NCBI GenBank assembly: GCA_043228905.1
Contig: JBHGNT010000011.1
Coordinates: forward strand, 62,001 to 126,000
Length of the DNA stretch: 64,000 nt
Reading direction: 5' to 3'
Source of the DNA: Azolla caroliniana
Taxonomy: Eukaryota; Plantae; Polypodiophyta
Part shown: positions 48,401 through 63,019 of the stretch, piece by piece
Layout: each line of letters opens with the position of its first letter
Numbering within the stretch: position 1 is the stretch's first letter
Position numbers and translations under genes: made by a program
Notes under the pieces: generated by a model
The model's database searches: none
What the model saw: the letters and a program-made list of their open reading frames with translations, nothing else
Told to the model about the DNA's origin: nothing

Positions 48401-51400
48401 TTCACATGTAGGTATGATTTGTCATTAGAATTTGAGGAAGCTATCTTTGGGACAGAGAAAGATTTTGAAGCATCGCATTTAGAGACATGCATAGCCTGTA
48501 ATGGGACGGGTGCAAAGTCAAGTGACAGCCGAAAGACATGTACAACTTGTGGAGGACAAGGCCAAGTCATGCAGACCACCAACACACCATTTGGGATGTT
48601 TTCGCAGGTGATTATATGATTGAATACAAAGATAAATTTGCTTCTCTATTTAGTGCATATGAGATGCTTTATTTGGAATTTTGTGTAGGTATCAGTTTGT
48701 CCTACATGCGCTGGTGAGGGTGAGGTCATTACAAGCTATTGTAAGAAATGTGGGGGGGAGGGGCGTATAAAAGTAAAAAAGCTAATCAAGGTCAAGGTCC
48801 CTCCTGGTGTGAATAACGGTAGTACATTGCGTGTACGTGGTGAAGGCGATGCTGGTGTGAGAGGGTCTGTTTCATTATTTTTTTCTTTTTCCCTGAGTTA
48901 ATCTTTAGGTATAAGAACATCTGGGAGCTAAAATATATTAATTTTCAGTGGTCCTCCAGGAGACCTTTATGTGTTCCTAAATGTGAAAGAGATGCAGAAT
49001 GTTCAACGAGATGGGATAAATTTATATTCCAATATCTCCATAAACTTCACTGATGCAATTCTGGGTACAGTTGTACGGGTAAACCTTCTTTATTCAATTA
49101 TTAGATGGTTCTAGAATATATTGGAAAACTTTGTAGGATCACATATTCCATGCCAATACATAAATTGCTAAAAAAGAAAAAGGACAGTATCAAAATCATG
49201 ATAAATATAATAAGCCATTCAATTAGAGTAAAAATGTCTATATAATTGTTTTGAATTTCATATTTGCATTGGAGTATGAGTATTTCATTTTTTATCATAT
49301 TATGCTATCTCATGTATGCTCTTCAATAGAGTGGATTGGCTACCTCAACCACCATTTGAAAGCTATGTTCAAAAACTGCCACATACTGCTATCACAGTTC
49401 TACCTGCCACATTTGGTAAAGGCAAAGGCACTGATACCTTTGCCTTTAACAATTCATTTGTAGCACAAGATCCTGAGAACTAATTATCTGGTGATTTTGG
49501 ATTGATGACATCAAATGCACATCTCCATACTATCTGGATGAGATGCCACTTTTGCATATCTGAGAAGAAATGCCAAACAGATTTGTTATTAATAAATAAA
49601 TAAAGCATTATATATGACTTATAATGATATGATAAGATAATCTATAATAGATTGAAGGTCAAGATTTTCTGATAGGTTTTAGAACCTGTTTATTTTGCGA
49701 TGCAGAGTATAGGGGGGTTAAACCAGATACTTGAGTTTCTGATCATAAGAGCTGTATTTATGGTAGATTGGCAGGATGATGTGAACAACGCTCTAGCTAA
49801 TCGTCAAAATATAGTTAGGAGGTCCTAAAAAAGCTAGGGCTAATCTACGGAATGCTAATGACATGCTATAAGGCGACCTATTGTTGGGTGGTGGATATCA
49901 TCTGCCTTTCTGGTGTCTTACATTGGTACAAAAGCAGGTTCACCTTGCGGCCTGGCCCATGTTTCCATAAACTTCCATTCTTCTTCTGAAGAGTGCCGAA
50001 TGCTTTTGATCATGAACCCTACTGATGAATCCATCAGCAAAGGGTAGTTCTGATCTATAAACAAAAGCAGGTTGCATTTGAGTCTGCAGCTACAGATTTT
50101 CGAAGTGGTTTGTTCCTGAAAGTTGGGTCCTATATATTGCTTTGTGACCATGCTCACGGAATATACAGATGTTTCTGTTTCCAGAAACTCTTCCTTAATA
50201 TCATTATCAATTGAAGGATCAGGTAATCAATCACTGATTGGGATTGCTTGACATGAGAAATGAAAAATGTTTCTGCAAAGACTGTGCCAGGAAGGTAAAA
50301 TGCTTGTACGAGCATCCTTTGATATATGAGGTAGATGTTTTATTTGCTCTGAGAACAGCAGCAATTAATTCTAGATGGAAATGACAACAGCTGGAACTGA
50401 ACATTAGTGAGGAGCAGTAATTGAGGTAGTTTCTGGAGAAATAGAAGCAAAGGATTGAGTAAAGTGCTGGTTGTTTCAGATGCTCATGGCGAAGGATGAT
50501 TCTTACTGCCTTTGCAACTCCAGTGTGAACTTGACATAAGAGAGTGTGCAGAATGCTCCACAATTGGCATGATCCAGGAGTGCTTTAAAAGCTGGTGGTG
50601 TTATGCACACATGTTTCATGGAGTGCCTGGCATACATATAATTGCCACTACTGCATTTGCTTTATCTGCATTCTCTTCTCCATGTTGCTCCATGTGAAGT
50701 TTCTTAGGCTTATGGTCGGATATAATATTTCTAATTCTTGACATGTTCAAATTTCTGGCTTCTGTTTCATAGGTCAAAACAGTTGATGGCAATACAGATC
50801 TCCCAATACCAGCTGGGACTCAACCAGGAGATGTTCTTGTGTTATCAAAGAGGGGAGTGCCAAAGCTAAATAAGCCTACAGTCAGAGGAGATCATCTTTT
50901 TACAGTGAAGATTTCTATTCCAACACGGCTTAGGTAATCAAACAATTATCTTTTAGAACAGTGTGGAATGGTATTAGTTAAAGAGTTGGAGTTGCTAAAA
51001 TGGATAAAATATCGTACCTTCAGTGAAACTGAACGTGAGCTTGTTGAGGAGCTTGCCAATCTCTATAAATCCAGAGGTGTCCGCAGTAACAGATCAAGGC
51101 AATGTAAGTTTCCATGCATGAAGAGACTAAAAGTACTGTTCCAATTTTTGTGATGTACAAACTGCAAGTATTTTGTGTTTATATATGATTCTTCATATTA
51201 GGGGGAAAGAATGAAAAACAGGCAAGTGATGGCGGAGATGATATTGGCAATGATTCTGTTGAGCGAACAAACAATGGGGAAAATCTTTGGGAGTCTATCA
51301 AGAAGCTTGCTGGGTAAGAATTCCATCTATATTCACAAATTTAAATAGCTTATTTCTGGCACTTTCAGTCTAAACAATCTTAGCAATAATCTTTCTTTTT

Positions 51401-52550
51401 TAAAAGCTTGTCAAGGTGTGGCCCATTAATGATTGGCGGCACTTTCTCAGGATTTTAGTTTGGACATGATGCCCTTAGAACTCTCATGCATGCTTCTCTA
51501 TTTTCTAGTTCATATTGTGACTGGTGGATAACCTTGATATGACGTGAACTCACAAAAATGTACAAATACAAGTAACAGATGGGTCGCTATATGTCATAAG
51601 GCTAGAAACTTTCAAGGAAGAAGGTATGTATATACTCCTCAATACATGTACAGGTTGCATTTGAAATAGGTTGACCATTATGCAATTGGTTTTGATTTCC
51701 ATACTTTCCATAAAGCCAAAAGTTGACCCACACATCCCTAATCATGTTGCCAAGGAGCCAGAAAAACTCCTTGAACTTGCGGGCAGGACACCATAATTGT
51801 GACTAATGACAAGCGTCATATAAGGTGGTTGTTTTGAGGGCAAGTCCATAGCAGATGAAATATAATTTCAATGTGTCCACATCTGATATAAGTGGCAAGA
51901 ATAATCTTAGGGATTGCAATGATATTCATATATGTGAAGGATACCAAGTAGGAGGTTCAAATTCTGCCATAATGTTCATTGTCTTTAGTTCTGCTGAACC
52001 GATGGTTTTCAGGAGTCATATAGGCCTATATGATGCATGCCTGAACAATGTCTTCTTTTGGCCTCCATAACTTTTATCAAATTTCATATGTAAACTGCTT
52101 CTGTAAATTCATTCACATATTGAATCGTACATACTCTTTTTCCCGGTATGAAATTATGCCTTATGTACTGTGTCGGTTGCGCAAAATATTTCCCTTCAGC
52201 GAGTGCTTTGATGCGCTGTAAGGCCTAATAGAGCCTTCTATTATTTCTCGATGGCAAGTTTGATTATTATGTAATTCTTGTGATAATTATTCCTTCTTGG
52301 CCATTTTGAAGTGTTTCAGCAAATCCGTTTGGCTGACTAGCAAGCTTATACAGAAAGGACATTTTGGAGTAATACTAGAATGATGTCCGAATGTTTTCCT
52401 TTTTTCTTCTATAGCACAAGGCTGCAACAATCTATGTTTGCAGACTATAGTTCCGAAGTATCAATGAATAAATCAAAAGGAAGAACCCCCAGATTATCAT
52501 CCTCTACGATAAGAAACTCCAGATCAAGTGGTTTCTTCAAGTCTGTTTAG
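42498..52550 (+). CDS. dnaJ: Chloroplast type-A DnaJ/Hsp40 chaperone (DJA4-7-like). Exons 42498-42878, 46301-46369, 48003-48098, 48183-48313, 48412-48607, 48689-48864, 48949-49078, 50773-50933, 51024-51103, 51202-51313, and probably 52415-52550
   Basis: Ser-rich transit peptide; J domain [22 protein letters not shown]; G/F region; four CxxCxGxG motifs; GPPGDLYV; all junctions GT-AG and in frame; last exon less certain. Confidence 0.95.
42882..43005. repeat. Short tandem duplication at the start of DnaJ intron 1
   Basis: AGCACAAAGCTAAAATGAAAA..AAAGCTT twice. Confidence 0.85.
44521..44930 (-). mobile_element. Internally deleted LINE copy in DnaJ intron 1
   Basis: (GAAA)n-GATATATTAAC(G/A)TCTTTTAAG matches 22488-22530; adjacent [23 protein letters not shown] matches the post-endonuclease region (~32280-32560). 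Confidence 0.85.
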
Positions 52551-54237
52551 CAGGATAATACAATACACACTGATACAATTAGCTGCATCTATACAATATG
52601 GTTGTGTTTTTTTTCTTGTATAATCTTAATAAGCAATCATGCATTTTCATAGAAAAAAATCCTTTTAGAGTAGACCACATTGTACATTGGTCATACTTCA
52701 TTTTTATTGGCATGGACTTGGTGGGGCTTACCAGGCGCAGATCAAGAACTCAGTTCGGATGTATCAGTTTGCGAGAACACAATTGTCCTATTGCAAGCTT
52801 AACAGCCTCTCACGTCTTTACTCTGTCTCTCTTGATGATATTTCTGGGGTTACTAATCTCATCTCGAGTTATGAATATTGTCTCGTGGGTTTTGAAGAAA
52901 GTGCATTCTAAGAGATAAGTCATTTTAAAACATAAAAATGTGGAAAAAAGGCTGAACTATTGGCTTTCCTTTTTCGTGGGTGTTTGGACAATGGCTTGAA
53001 GATCAACTGCGAATGGGGCTCTAAGGTGGCTGAGAGACAACCTTTAGGATATGAAAATTTTATGTTCCTCCCTCAGTTGCTTTTTAGTGAATCAAATCAC
53101 ACGTGTACTCCTTTCCCAAGAAATCAATTTAAAGGTGATTTCTTCATTGACCCCAAAATTTTAAATTATCAATTTATCTATGTAAACCTAGATATGTAAT
53201 CACATCCAATATTTGTATGTGATAATGGGATGTAATATAGTTGAAGTCAACGATGGAGAGAATCCATTGCAGCACATTTGACAGATCACTGTTGGAAGAG
53301 AATTTATCAGAGCAATTTATAGATCTCATTCTGCAATATAAATAGCCAAATTTGATGTTACGATTATTTTATTTTGAATAAAAATAATTGTCAGGTTGTC
53401 TTCATCATTTTTTGCAAACATTATATAATTCTGGTTTATGCAGTAATACATTACTTGTATCTGCTCCCTGTATTTTTTTTCTTAAAACTTTCTGTAGCAC
53501 ATATAATATATATTATGAGCTTTCAGACCCCTCATCACATGCCTAATAACATGAAATCTAAGTTGAAAGCATATAATCCAATGGAGATTTTGAATGGTGT
53601 ATGGAGCTAAAGAGCTAATTTCTTTTTTATGAACTAGTTCCTTCAAAGTAATTTATTTGTTCTTGAACTGGTCAATATGCAATTTATGTGCTTCGAAGTA
53701 GGGAAATCCAATGTATGTGCAAGTTGAATTACGGACTTTGCACGTTGGTGTGATATAAGGGGCATTTGACCTTTCATAAAAATTGCACTTCATGTGAACT
53801 CCCTTTTGAATGGTGTTATGAAGTTGCACAAATTTGTGGTTATGTACTCCATTTCCTTTCAAGTGATTTATTACTTGTTGTTTGATCTTGTATGTAACGG
53901 GATCCAATGTATGTGCAAGTTTTATTTTTTATGCATATTGGCATGATATAAAGGGCATTAGGCCCTCATAAAATCACTTATACATTTGGTAATATGTTAT
54001 TGGAGGTTACAAAACTTGCACCTCTTCATGTAAAGTGATATAAAGGGACCCATACATCTATTTTTTTTTAACTAATATACTAAAATAGGTAATATTAAAA
54101 TATTTCTATATAATTATTCTACCACCCCCCCCCCCCTTCCCCCCCTCAATGTAATACATTTTAGTTCTTTGTCTTTTGTAAATAGAGGCCAATTTTATTG
54201 CAACAGTTCCAATGCTTTTGATGTGACATTGATTTAG

Positions 54238-54620
54238 TTAAAAAATCTGATCACGTTGTTGTTGAGGTGTAATAAGCAACATTTCTTTTGAGTCCACCAA
54301 TTCTCTAATAAAATGATGTTTTGCGCAGATTTGCTTATTTTGATTTGTGATCTTAGGATTTGTTGCCAACTTTATACACGATAGGTTATGACAAAATATG
54401 TTTATTTCCATAAGCTTAAGAATCTCAAGTTCTTCGATTATGGTTTTGATCCATGATCTTTCTTTGGCCATTAAAGTGGCTGCCATGTACTCAACTTTTG
54501 TGCTTGGAAGTGGGATAGATACTTGTTTGCTTTTCCACGAGATTGGGACACCAAATGTAAAGACCATGCTTGATGTGGAGTGGGAGGTATCAATTGTGCA
54601 TGTGTAGAGCATGAGATTCA
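54238..54620 (-). pseudogene. Ty1/copia RNase H remnant between the two genes
   Basis: PISWKSKQ..STKVEYMA..CIKLATNP..KQICAKHHFIRELV. Confidence 0.85.
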
Positions 54621-55789
54621 TAGAAAAGAGAATGTCATGGCTCTTTAACAATCGGCGGAAGTAGCGCTTTTTTATGTCAGTTGAGATCAAGGTTGTATTG
54701 AGTTTCCTCCTTAACTCTCTCTCTCTCTCTCTCTACTTACATATCTTCACACTCAATCTCTCTGATTTTAAATATCATACTCCCTCTTTGTATATTTTCT
54801 TAGTTTTCTTTTTCACTTTTGATTTTCAGCTTTGCTTTTGTTTTCTTACACCCCTATATGGTGACATGTTATGAATAAGTAAAAAGTAGTTACTTTTGCT
54901 TCGATGCAACATATCAAAACCTGACAAGGGGTTGCCAAAATTTGTAAGTCGTTTTAACAACTACTTTAGAAGGGGCCTCCACGCTTGAATGATAAAGACC
55001 TAAAGAGAACATTTATACCGATAATCAATATTGTTGGTGTGGCCGGTTTATTGCTTTGTATCCCAATACTTACAATCTCCTTTGTCATCAACTTCTAGTC
55101 TTGATTGTCAACAACTTCCTCTACTCAATGGTGACTTAACATGTTCAATTTATGTGGGATTACCACACCCCATGTGCTAATACCAAAGTGGATTCCCTAG
55201 ACTTTTGAAGCTCAAGCCTAACCTTTTCCATCATTTGTGAAATGGTTGTAAAATCTACAAATAGTGACAAGCTTCCTGATTATGTGCTTGTAAGATGGGC
55301 CCATGTACTATGGTTTGTTGTCAACCTCTCGTTCCCATAAGTTGCAAAGTTTGCTCGCTCTAGACATGGGAACTGCTCATCATGCGTCAATTTGTAGTCA
55401 ATGGAAAGAAACTTTGAGTTGATCTATTTTGCAAGCCAAAAAAATGGTGCATACTTCCCTTTCTTAGGAGTCTTATTTATTGTGCTACAAATTGAGGTCC
55501 TACACCCTAAAGGATGACCAAATCAACCATTCTGACCAATAACATGTTCTTGTCATCTTGCTACTTGCTAAAACTTTCCTTTTCCCTTTGAGAGAAGAAA
55601 CATTCGCATACTAAAAAAGCTACCAACAGTTACTATCTAACTAAACTTAATCTCAACTCTGATAGTACTATATGTGGCTCTTCCAAAAATATGCAATAAA
55701 ATTTAATATATTTCTAGGGACAGTAATAATGCATTGTCTTTAATCTAAAATAAAGTTGTCAAACTACCGCGATGAAAGTGTTGCACAGC

Positions 55790-56230
55790 ACACATCAGTA
55801 AATGATAATGGTTCAAGACTAAATTCATTAACAATTGGCATGTACAAAAAATTTCATGTAGCATATACATTAAGTTCTCCTGAAGTCTTTTAGATGTCTT
55901 TTAACGGCCTTGCACTTGTACAAAGCCCAGTAAAATATACCGTCTGACATCCTTTGGAAGTCTATTGAATGAGCAGGGTAGGGTCTCCGGCAAAGGAGAT
56001 TGACTATTTCCGGTCTATTTCCTATGTATCTGCCCAGACTCCGTAATGGTTCAAGACTACAAAGCATAACATCAGTATAATGATAATGGTTCAAGACTAA
56101 ATTCATTAACAATTGGCATGTACAAAAAATTTCATGTAGCACTGCTGAATATCTTTTTGATGTCTTTAACGGCCTTGCAGTTGTATGAAGCCCAGAAGAA
56201 TATTCCGACTGACATCCTTTGGAAGTCTAA
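55790..56230. repeat. Imperfect ~280-bp tandem duplication just downstream of the LESV stop
   Basis: ATGATAATGGTTCAAGACTAAATTCATTAACAATTGGCATGTACAAAAAATTTCATGTAGCA at ~55802 and ~56079. Confidence 0.9.
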
Positions 56231-56346
56231 TTTCTGAAGTCTTATCTTTAAATCACATAATTACAGTCGTATATGTATAATGATAGCAACCATTGAGCCA
56301 GAAGCTTTCACCTACATTGCATAGCTGGCCATAATAGCATTGACCT

Positions 56347-59300
56347 TCACCTAATCTTTACACTACTGCTTTTTCCTACTCTTTGTAGTTCTCCAGAATT
56401 TTCTAAACAATTATAAAACCCATAGTGAGGATATCTTTCATACCATGTTTCCTGCTGTTCATGCGTATCCCAATGTTCACCACTGCTACTTTTCCCATAC
56501 TTGTGCACCCAACCGGTCCCAGTATGTTCCTCACCCCATGTGCGGTTCCATCTTTCACCATTGGCCCCTTCCCACCATGTCTCACCTTGTTTTACACCAT
56601 GGCTAAACATATCAAACTTTTCATCCCATTTGTCTCCCCATTTAGATTGGCCTCCATCAGATTCCGATCGCTCAGCCCATTTGTCAGTGTATTTCATAGC
56701 TCCACCCTGCCCATCGAATTCCTCGCCCCATCTGCAAAGAACCTCAAGTGTTAACGGAAACGAATAGATCAAAACTAGACATGCATTCAATGTGTACTTT
56801 ACTTCTATATAACAGTTTTCATCCTTCATTTAGATGACATATATGCAACAGACATATATAGCACCTTCTGACCCGGTACACCACTGCCCTTTTCATGGTA
56901 AATTCATCGTGTTACCATACAGCACTAAGTTACAAATCACAAGATCCCTGAGAAAATATAACACAAATGCACGTGGACAGAACTGCACACTAGGAACCAA
57001 TCTATCAAATCACCCCGCTACGAGGCAGTTCCACCAACCGATAACTTTTCTGTCTTTTTAGGCTTTGTTGTATTCTTGGGTTCCACTTCTCTCTTTCTCA
57101 AAAGCACAAGTTGCCCTATCCGTCTCCCTCTCAAGGACCCACAAACCCATGACAAGCCTCGAAGATAGATGGCCACTAAATAATCCTTAAGGGAACACTA
57201 TGTGATTTAATACACTTGAACAAGAAGAGCTCAGATGCAGTCTTAATGCCTTACAATGTCAAATATCTGTTCTTGAAGAAGATAACATATAACTTTGAAT
57301 TGTGAAAACAAAGAAATGAAAGCAGAGATTGCCATCTATGAAGAAGGCAAAGTTAACCCAATCTCAAATACATGATAATTAGTTAGAAAAAAGGGTGGGC
57401 ATAAGTAGTTAAAGAGGAGGAACAGGTGGAACGCACCCTAGCCAAAAAGTGGAAGTCAAGAACCTCAACAATATCAAAGCTGCACTAAAGAGAGGTTGGG
57501 CTAAAGTGTCAACGAAGAAGTAAACAAAGAAATCAAAGCAAATAAAATAGGATGAATCAAAGCCGCTATAAAATACGTAAAACAACAAAGAATTTAACAT
57601 GTGGAGAGTGCAATTGATATAATAGCAAATGAGGCATGCAAGATGATTCGATGTGTGAGTCATGAGCATTCCCAAGTCACCAAAAGTAACGCCCAACAAA
57701 GATGGACACTGTACCAAGCATGGGTATAGTGCGGGATGAACCACCAACTGCGACACCAAGGACACTGTGTGGTTCAACCTTTGCTGTCTGGAACTGAGGT
57801 TTGGGGAGCAGAACTTTAGCAAACTGCTGGAATGAAGTGAAGAATATATAAATGAAATTTCTACACCAGCTCAATACACCCGAAACAGGAGCATGCCAGT
57901 TTGAAATACCTTGCAACAAAACGATTCAAAAATTCCTACATGTAGTATGTTTCAGGAAATTCTAATGAGCACAGAGCCATCACTGAAATCACTAGACATG
58001 CTTTTTCATCAACTCGATTGGAGAACCATAACTCATGGAAGATCAAAACAGTGAACTTAGGAGACCAGCATAGTTTCCTTTCAGCTTTTACGTTTTATTT
58101 TTGTTCTACCATTTTAGTAACTTACATGGCTGGATGACTACTTCATGATGATATGGCTCAATGGAATCAATCCAAATTCTCTGATGACTATGTCGGAATA
58201 TGGCCCCAACACATATATGCTTGTCATTCCATCCCAAGCTTTGGTCCACTCCACCATATGGCACAGTGAAAACCATGTCCACTAGTCAGTTATAACATTC
58301 ATCACGACTCCAACTTCCTGATCCCAAATAACTATGACCACTCTTACCAGCTCTGTTTGAAACTAATTGACTCTTTCTGGATATACGATATGATATCTTT
58401 TTGAGTTTTTTTCACCTATACCTTTGAGTTGCGCAGCAGCAAGTTCTATATGTTTTTAGTTTATTTTATTTTAAGAAAACAAGGCTATGTACATTATCTG
58501 TACAAAAATACTTCAGAATTGCCTTGCAGCTTAATTCTGCAGGAAATAGAAAGCATAGTACTACAATGTCAACAGCCAGAATATTCAGTTATATCAGTCA
58601 AATATACCACGCCAAACACACGCTGGTCGTGTGGTGTATTTCTCCATCTAGCATACCAAAGTCGACACCAAAGAGTAGGTGACAACATCTCCAAGACTTG
58701 AAAGCCAGCCTTGGAAGAACCAGCTTGTGCATCTGATGGTCTCTTCTAAGTATGAATCACCTCAAGGTTTCAAGTGTAATCGATGGGAGCACTGGTTCTT
58801 CCAGGAGCAATGAATGTCTGGCTTGTGCTGCAAATAAAGTACTGCTCCCCGAAAGAGATCATGTGTCCACCAAACATGGCATAGTAAAAGACTCACGCGC
58901 CACACCATGTGGGCATGCAAGCAAATCCACACGCAGTAAACCTGTCATTCTGGCACAACTCAATTACATCAACCGTGAATGGAATCATGCCCTACTATAG
59001 GTGGCTAGGAGCCAATGGATCCATGGGTAGTTCTGAAAGTGAAGTCTGCCATTAAAAGTAAATCACTAGGCAATTGGCAATGAGAAACCAAGCATAAGAC
59101 ACAAAGTGATTAAGAAAAACATGATTAAGCCTGGTATGTAACAAATGCTGCAGTGCATCGTTAACTATTCAAAATTTGTCTTTCTATATTGTATTCAGAT
59201 TAAATTGTAGCCCTTGTGTTCATGGGTTTTACCAATATCTTCACTTAGTCGTGAATATATTAGTTTACATAGGTTAAAAAAACTAAGCTTACTGTTTTCA

Positions 59301-61501
59301 TATATTTACCAAATTTGGAAAGTTGGTTTTCTTTCAAGATTTCATCCCATTAGGGACTACCATATAGAGAAGTATAGTTTGTTTCCCTTTCAAATTATCA
59401 TTCATTCTTTCAATTGGTACTCTGGCCACACTTAAAAACCTTCAAAAACATCACATTTTTCATCCATCAACGAAAATAAGGACCAAAAGATGTTGCAAAC
59501 AAAAAGTTTTCTTTTCACGGGGTTGCAGTATTCATCCAGATCCCATACTCTAATAAGTACTTTACCCATCTCATCTGAAGTTCTAGGTTTGAAATATTCA
59601 GTGATAGAATGCTTGAATTTGTACGAAGCATCAGAAAACCTGATGTTGAATAAACGATGTATGCATGGTGAGACCAAGAGATAAACAGGTTTTGCACTCA
59701 AAAATCTAAAACGTAGAGATCTTAATTCCTAATCAAGAAAGTCAAATAATTACCACAAGTCCCCTACACTATAAGAATAGAAGAAAAATCAATTTCAACA
59801 AATCTGCCATTCATGTCACACTACCATGACACATTCAGTTAGGTATAGAAATACCAATCATTTGTATTGGGTCATCATGATTTCAGACATAAGATATTAT
59901 ATCCATTCAATTCTTGGGTATCACTTACAACTCCAAGATTGGAGCAATAGAAGAAAAATCAAATACATAGGGTTTAGGAAAATATAGAAAGTACTACACT
60001 TGAGTACAAAGCCCATGGGAAGAAAATAAAAAAGAATGGACACATGAGAAACATCCCCTCGTCAATCATGCCTTAGATTTGTAAGGTCAGCCTATGCTAA
60101 GTTTGATCATAGGATACCTCTCATTGGTCATGAACACATGAGAAACATCCCATCTTCGATCATGCCGTAGATTTGTATGGTCAGCCTATGCTAACAACAA
60201 GATTGGGGACACCTAATGGTAATCTATATGAATACCCTGAGAAGGGTTAACCCACCAAATGAATGGTGTCCAAACCCAGATATAGAACAACACAATAAGC
60301 AAGGTTTAGATGGATGTAACATTAAATAAACATCAGGATATGATTTGGCATATGCAGGTACAATTGTTCACAATTGTTTTTATCTTACCTCTCATGCCAA
60401 ACATGGGCATGTCCAGGTTCTAATGGGGTTGCCTTATCTATTTTACACCATTTCTCAGTTGATTTTGCTGCACGCCCAGATGCATCATAATGCTCCCACC
60501 ACTTTTCATGCCATTCAGTACCATATCCGTTTCTCCCCCACTTGTCAGCATTTTTCTCAATATGAAGAAGTCCAGATGATAAATCCTGTACAAAATAATC
60601 AATCATGAAGTTTTCGTACTCCACAATCATACATAGACTGAACCTCACAAGAAGCAGACTTAATTATAATGGCAGTTATAGCAGCTTAAATCTCTTCAAT
60701 AGGCCAAACAACAAGAAGCATGCAAAAAAAAGGAAAAATGAAGAGGTTGTTCAATTAATAACAGCGTTGAAACTTGCTGGCACCAAATGGACTATTTCAC
60801 CTGATGGTAGCATACTAACTAAGTAGCATGATAGACATGAGAACATACCTGCCACATTGCTTCTTTCCAAAACTCCCGCCATACGTTTCCAGCTGTATCA
60901 CGACCTGACTTCTCAGCTCCAAGCTCCTTGTAATCAAATTTATCAAATGCCTCCCAGAACTTCTCTTCCCATTCAGTTCCATCAAGATTGATACCCCTGA
61001 TCACGGTCCATGAGCATGTAACTCCATCATTCCGTAATTCTTTACCTGTCTCTTTCCACCAATAGGATCCATCTCCATTGACACCACTGTTCATACTTGC
61101 ACTTGCATTATCTTGCTGCATAACTGAAGTAATTTGATTTGCCCTGTCTGGAATGGGCATACTGGAGACCAAAGTTTCAACATCTTCAGATGTTTTAATA
61201 GCATTCTCTTGAACTTCTACAAGAGATTGGAGTGGTGGAAGAGAAGGTTTTGCTCTACTTTGGAATGCCAACAACCCAGTTTCCATGTTTTCAAAAGGGA
61301 TATCCAAAGAAGGTGATAATTTCTCTTTTTCAATGACAAAAGAGGATCTATGAGGCAAAATACTGGGCTCCAGACTTTTTGGGATTTTACTTGTTTCATC
61401 TGTTTTCTTATCAGGAGGTGACCACGTCCAAAAATCTGGGCCAGGGGTTGCATGAGCTCCCAAGGAAAGATTTGTGGTGGAAGTATCCTTAAGCTGTTCC
61501 T
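56347..61501 (-). CDS. LESV: LIKE EARLY STARVATION (Trp-rich starch-binding plastid protein), last three exons: 61501-60849, 60585-60389, 56731-56347; 5' exons not found in the window
   Basis: GPDFWTWSPP; WEEKFWEA..ELGAEKSGRD..WREFWKE; WHEKWWEHYDA..GHAHVWHERWGE; GEHWDTH..ETWYERYPHYGF; no Pro-rich ESV1 tail; GT-AG junctions in frame. Confidence 0.92.
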
Positions 61502-62589
61502 CTAAGAAAACAAATATTACAAATCATGAAACAAAAGAAAAATAATCAATGGCCCAACAAGCTCTGTGATAGAACATGACAGTAGCAATCTGCTCACTGT
61601 GATGTATAAAAAAGAATCATCAATGGACCAACAAGCTCTGTGATAGAACATAACAGTAACTCTGCTTTGATGGATGTCACATTTCATGTAAATGTTATTC
61701 CCAATAACATACAGTTGAAATGTTTTACTCTAAGCATCCATAGGTAATGTGCATCTTATGTTACATACATTTCATCTAGCCAAAGATAGAGGAAAAGAAA
61801 ATTTAAGCCTCTTCATTGGTCTTGCAGCTTGTATTTTGTAGAAGAATACATGTACCGTGATAGACATGCAAGATCAATTAGACATACAGATACAATTAAC
61901 TGCAAGAAAACATGTTGTGAAAACCAATCAAAGAGGATTAGATATGTTTATATCAAAATGTTCTCTGCACCCTATGCCAAGGAGCAACAGCAATGCCACC
62001 ATGCATGGAAAAAAAACTGGAAGCAAATAAAATAAACGGCTTTAGAGATATAAGAACACTAAACCCCCACTGGATAACTTCCCACAAACCCCCTTCAGGA
62101 ATTTCTGCTTTGGATAGGAACATTAAGGTTAATAGCTAGAACAATTCGATCAATCATAAACCTCTTCATACGTTCATGGAATAATCCTCTGCTATTTTTT
62201 ATCAGTTCTTCACTTGCACTCCCTCGTTTTGAATAAATAGTGAGAATATGGCTTGCGTACAAAATATGCACCATGTAATGCATCCGATTAGGAATCACAA
62301 CAAAATGTTCCTACACCACCAATACTAGAAAAACTCATAGAAAGAAAACCAGTCATCAACTTGAACAGTTTCATAAAGAAAATACAACATATATAGGTTC
62401 AGCATTTAGAGCTTAAGGCATAATGGAACCATCCAAATGCTGCAAAGAAGAAAGGAAATGATTTTATGGACCAAACGTGAAATGCACAATAATTCCTAGA
62501 GGTTACTCGCTTAAGATTCTGATTATGACAGTAATTTGACTAAGTTATTATTAAGTGATGTTAGGCATCAAGCAAGCATATCCATTTTT

Positions 62590-62990
62590 ATGTTCTTACA
62601 ATATGTGATGTGGCACCATTTGACATATAGCCTCCTGAGGATGTCAATATAATGGTAGCTATGATGTTACCTCAACGCCCACAGAAATAATTTGACAAGT
62701 CATTATCAGACGATGCTAGACAGCTAGCAAGACTAAACATTCTTTTATTCTTACAATGTGTGATGTGGCACCATGTGGTATATGGCCTCCTGAGGATGTC
62801 AATAAGTGGTAGCTATGATGTTACCTCAATGCCCAAAGACGTAACTTGACAAGTCATTATTAAACGATGCTAGGCAGCCAGCAGGAATATATATTCTTAT
62901 GTTCTTACAATGTGTGATGTGGCACCATTTGGCATATAGCCTCCTGAGGATGTCAATATAGTGGTAGCTACGATGCTACCTCAAAGCCCA
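62590..62990. repeat. ~155-bp tandem repeat x3 (LESV intron)
   Basis: TTCTTACAAT(A/G)TGTGATGTGGCACCAT at ~62593, 62748, 62903. Confidence 0.93.
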
Positions 62991-63019
62991 AAGAAAGGTC
63001 CACAAGAAGCTCCCCTTTC

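Noticed and set aside
57150-57700. Possible decayed LINE ORF1 on + in the LESV intron
   Set aside because: Only a faint coiled-coil/GWAKV resemblance with many stops; cannot be supported by eye.
56347-61501. Calling the Trp-rich gene ESV1
   Set aside because: It lacks the Pro-rich C-terminus and has the GPDFWTWSPP upstream region typical of LESV.
42498-61501. Functional cluster of two plastid-protein genes
   Set aside because: Convergent neighbours with no shared promoter; adjacency alone is not evidence.
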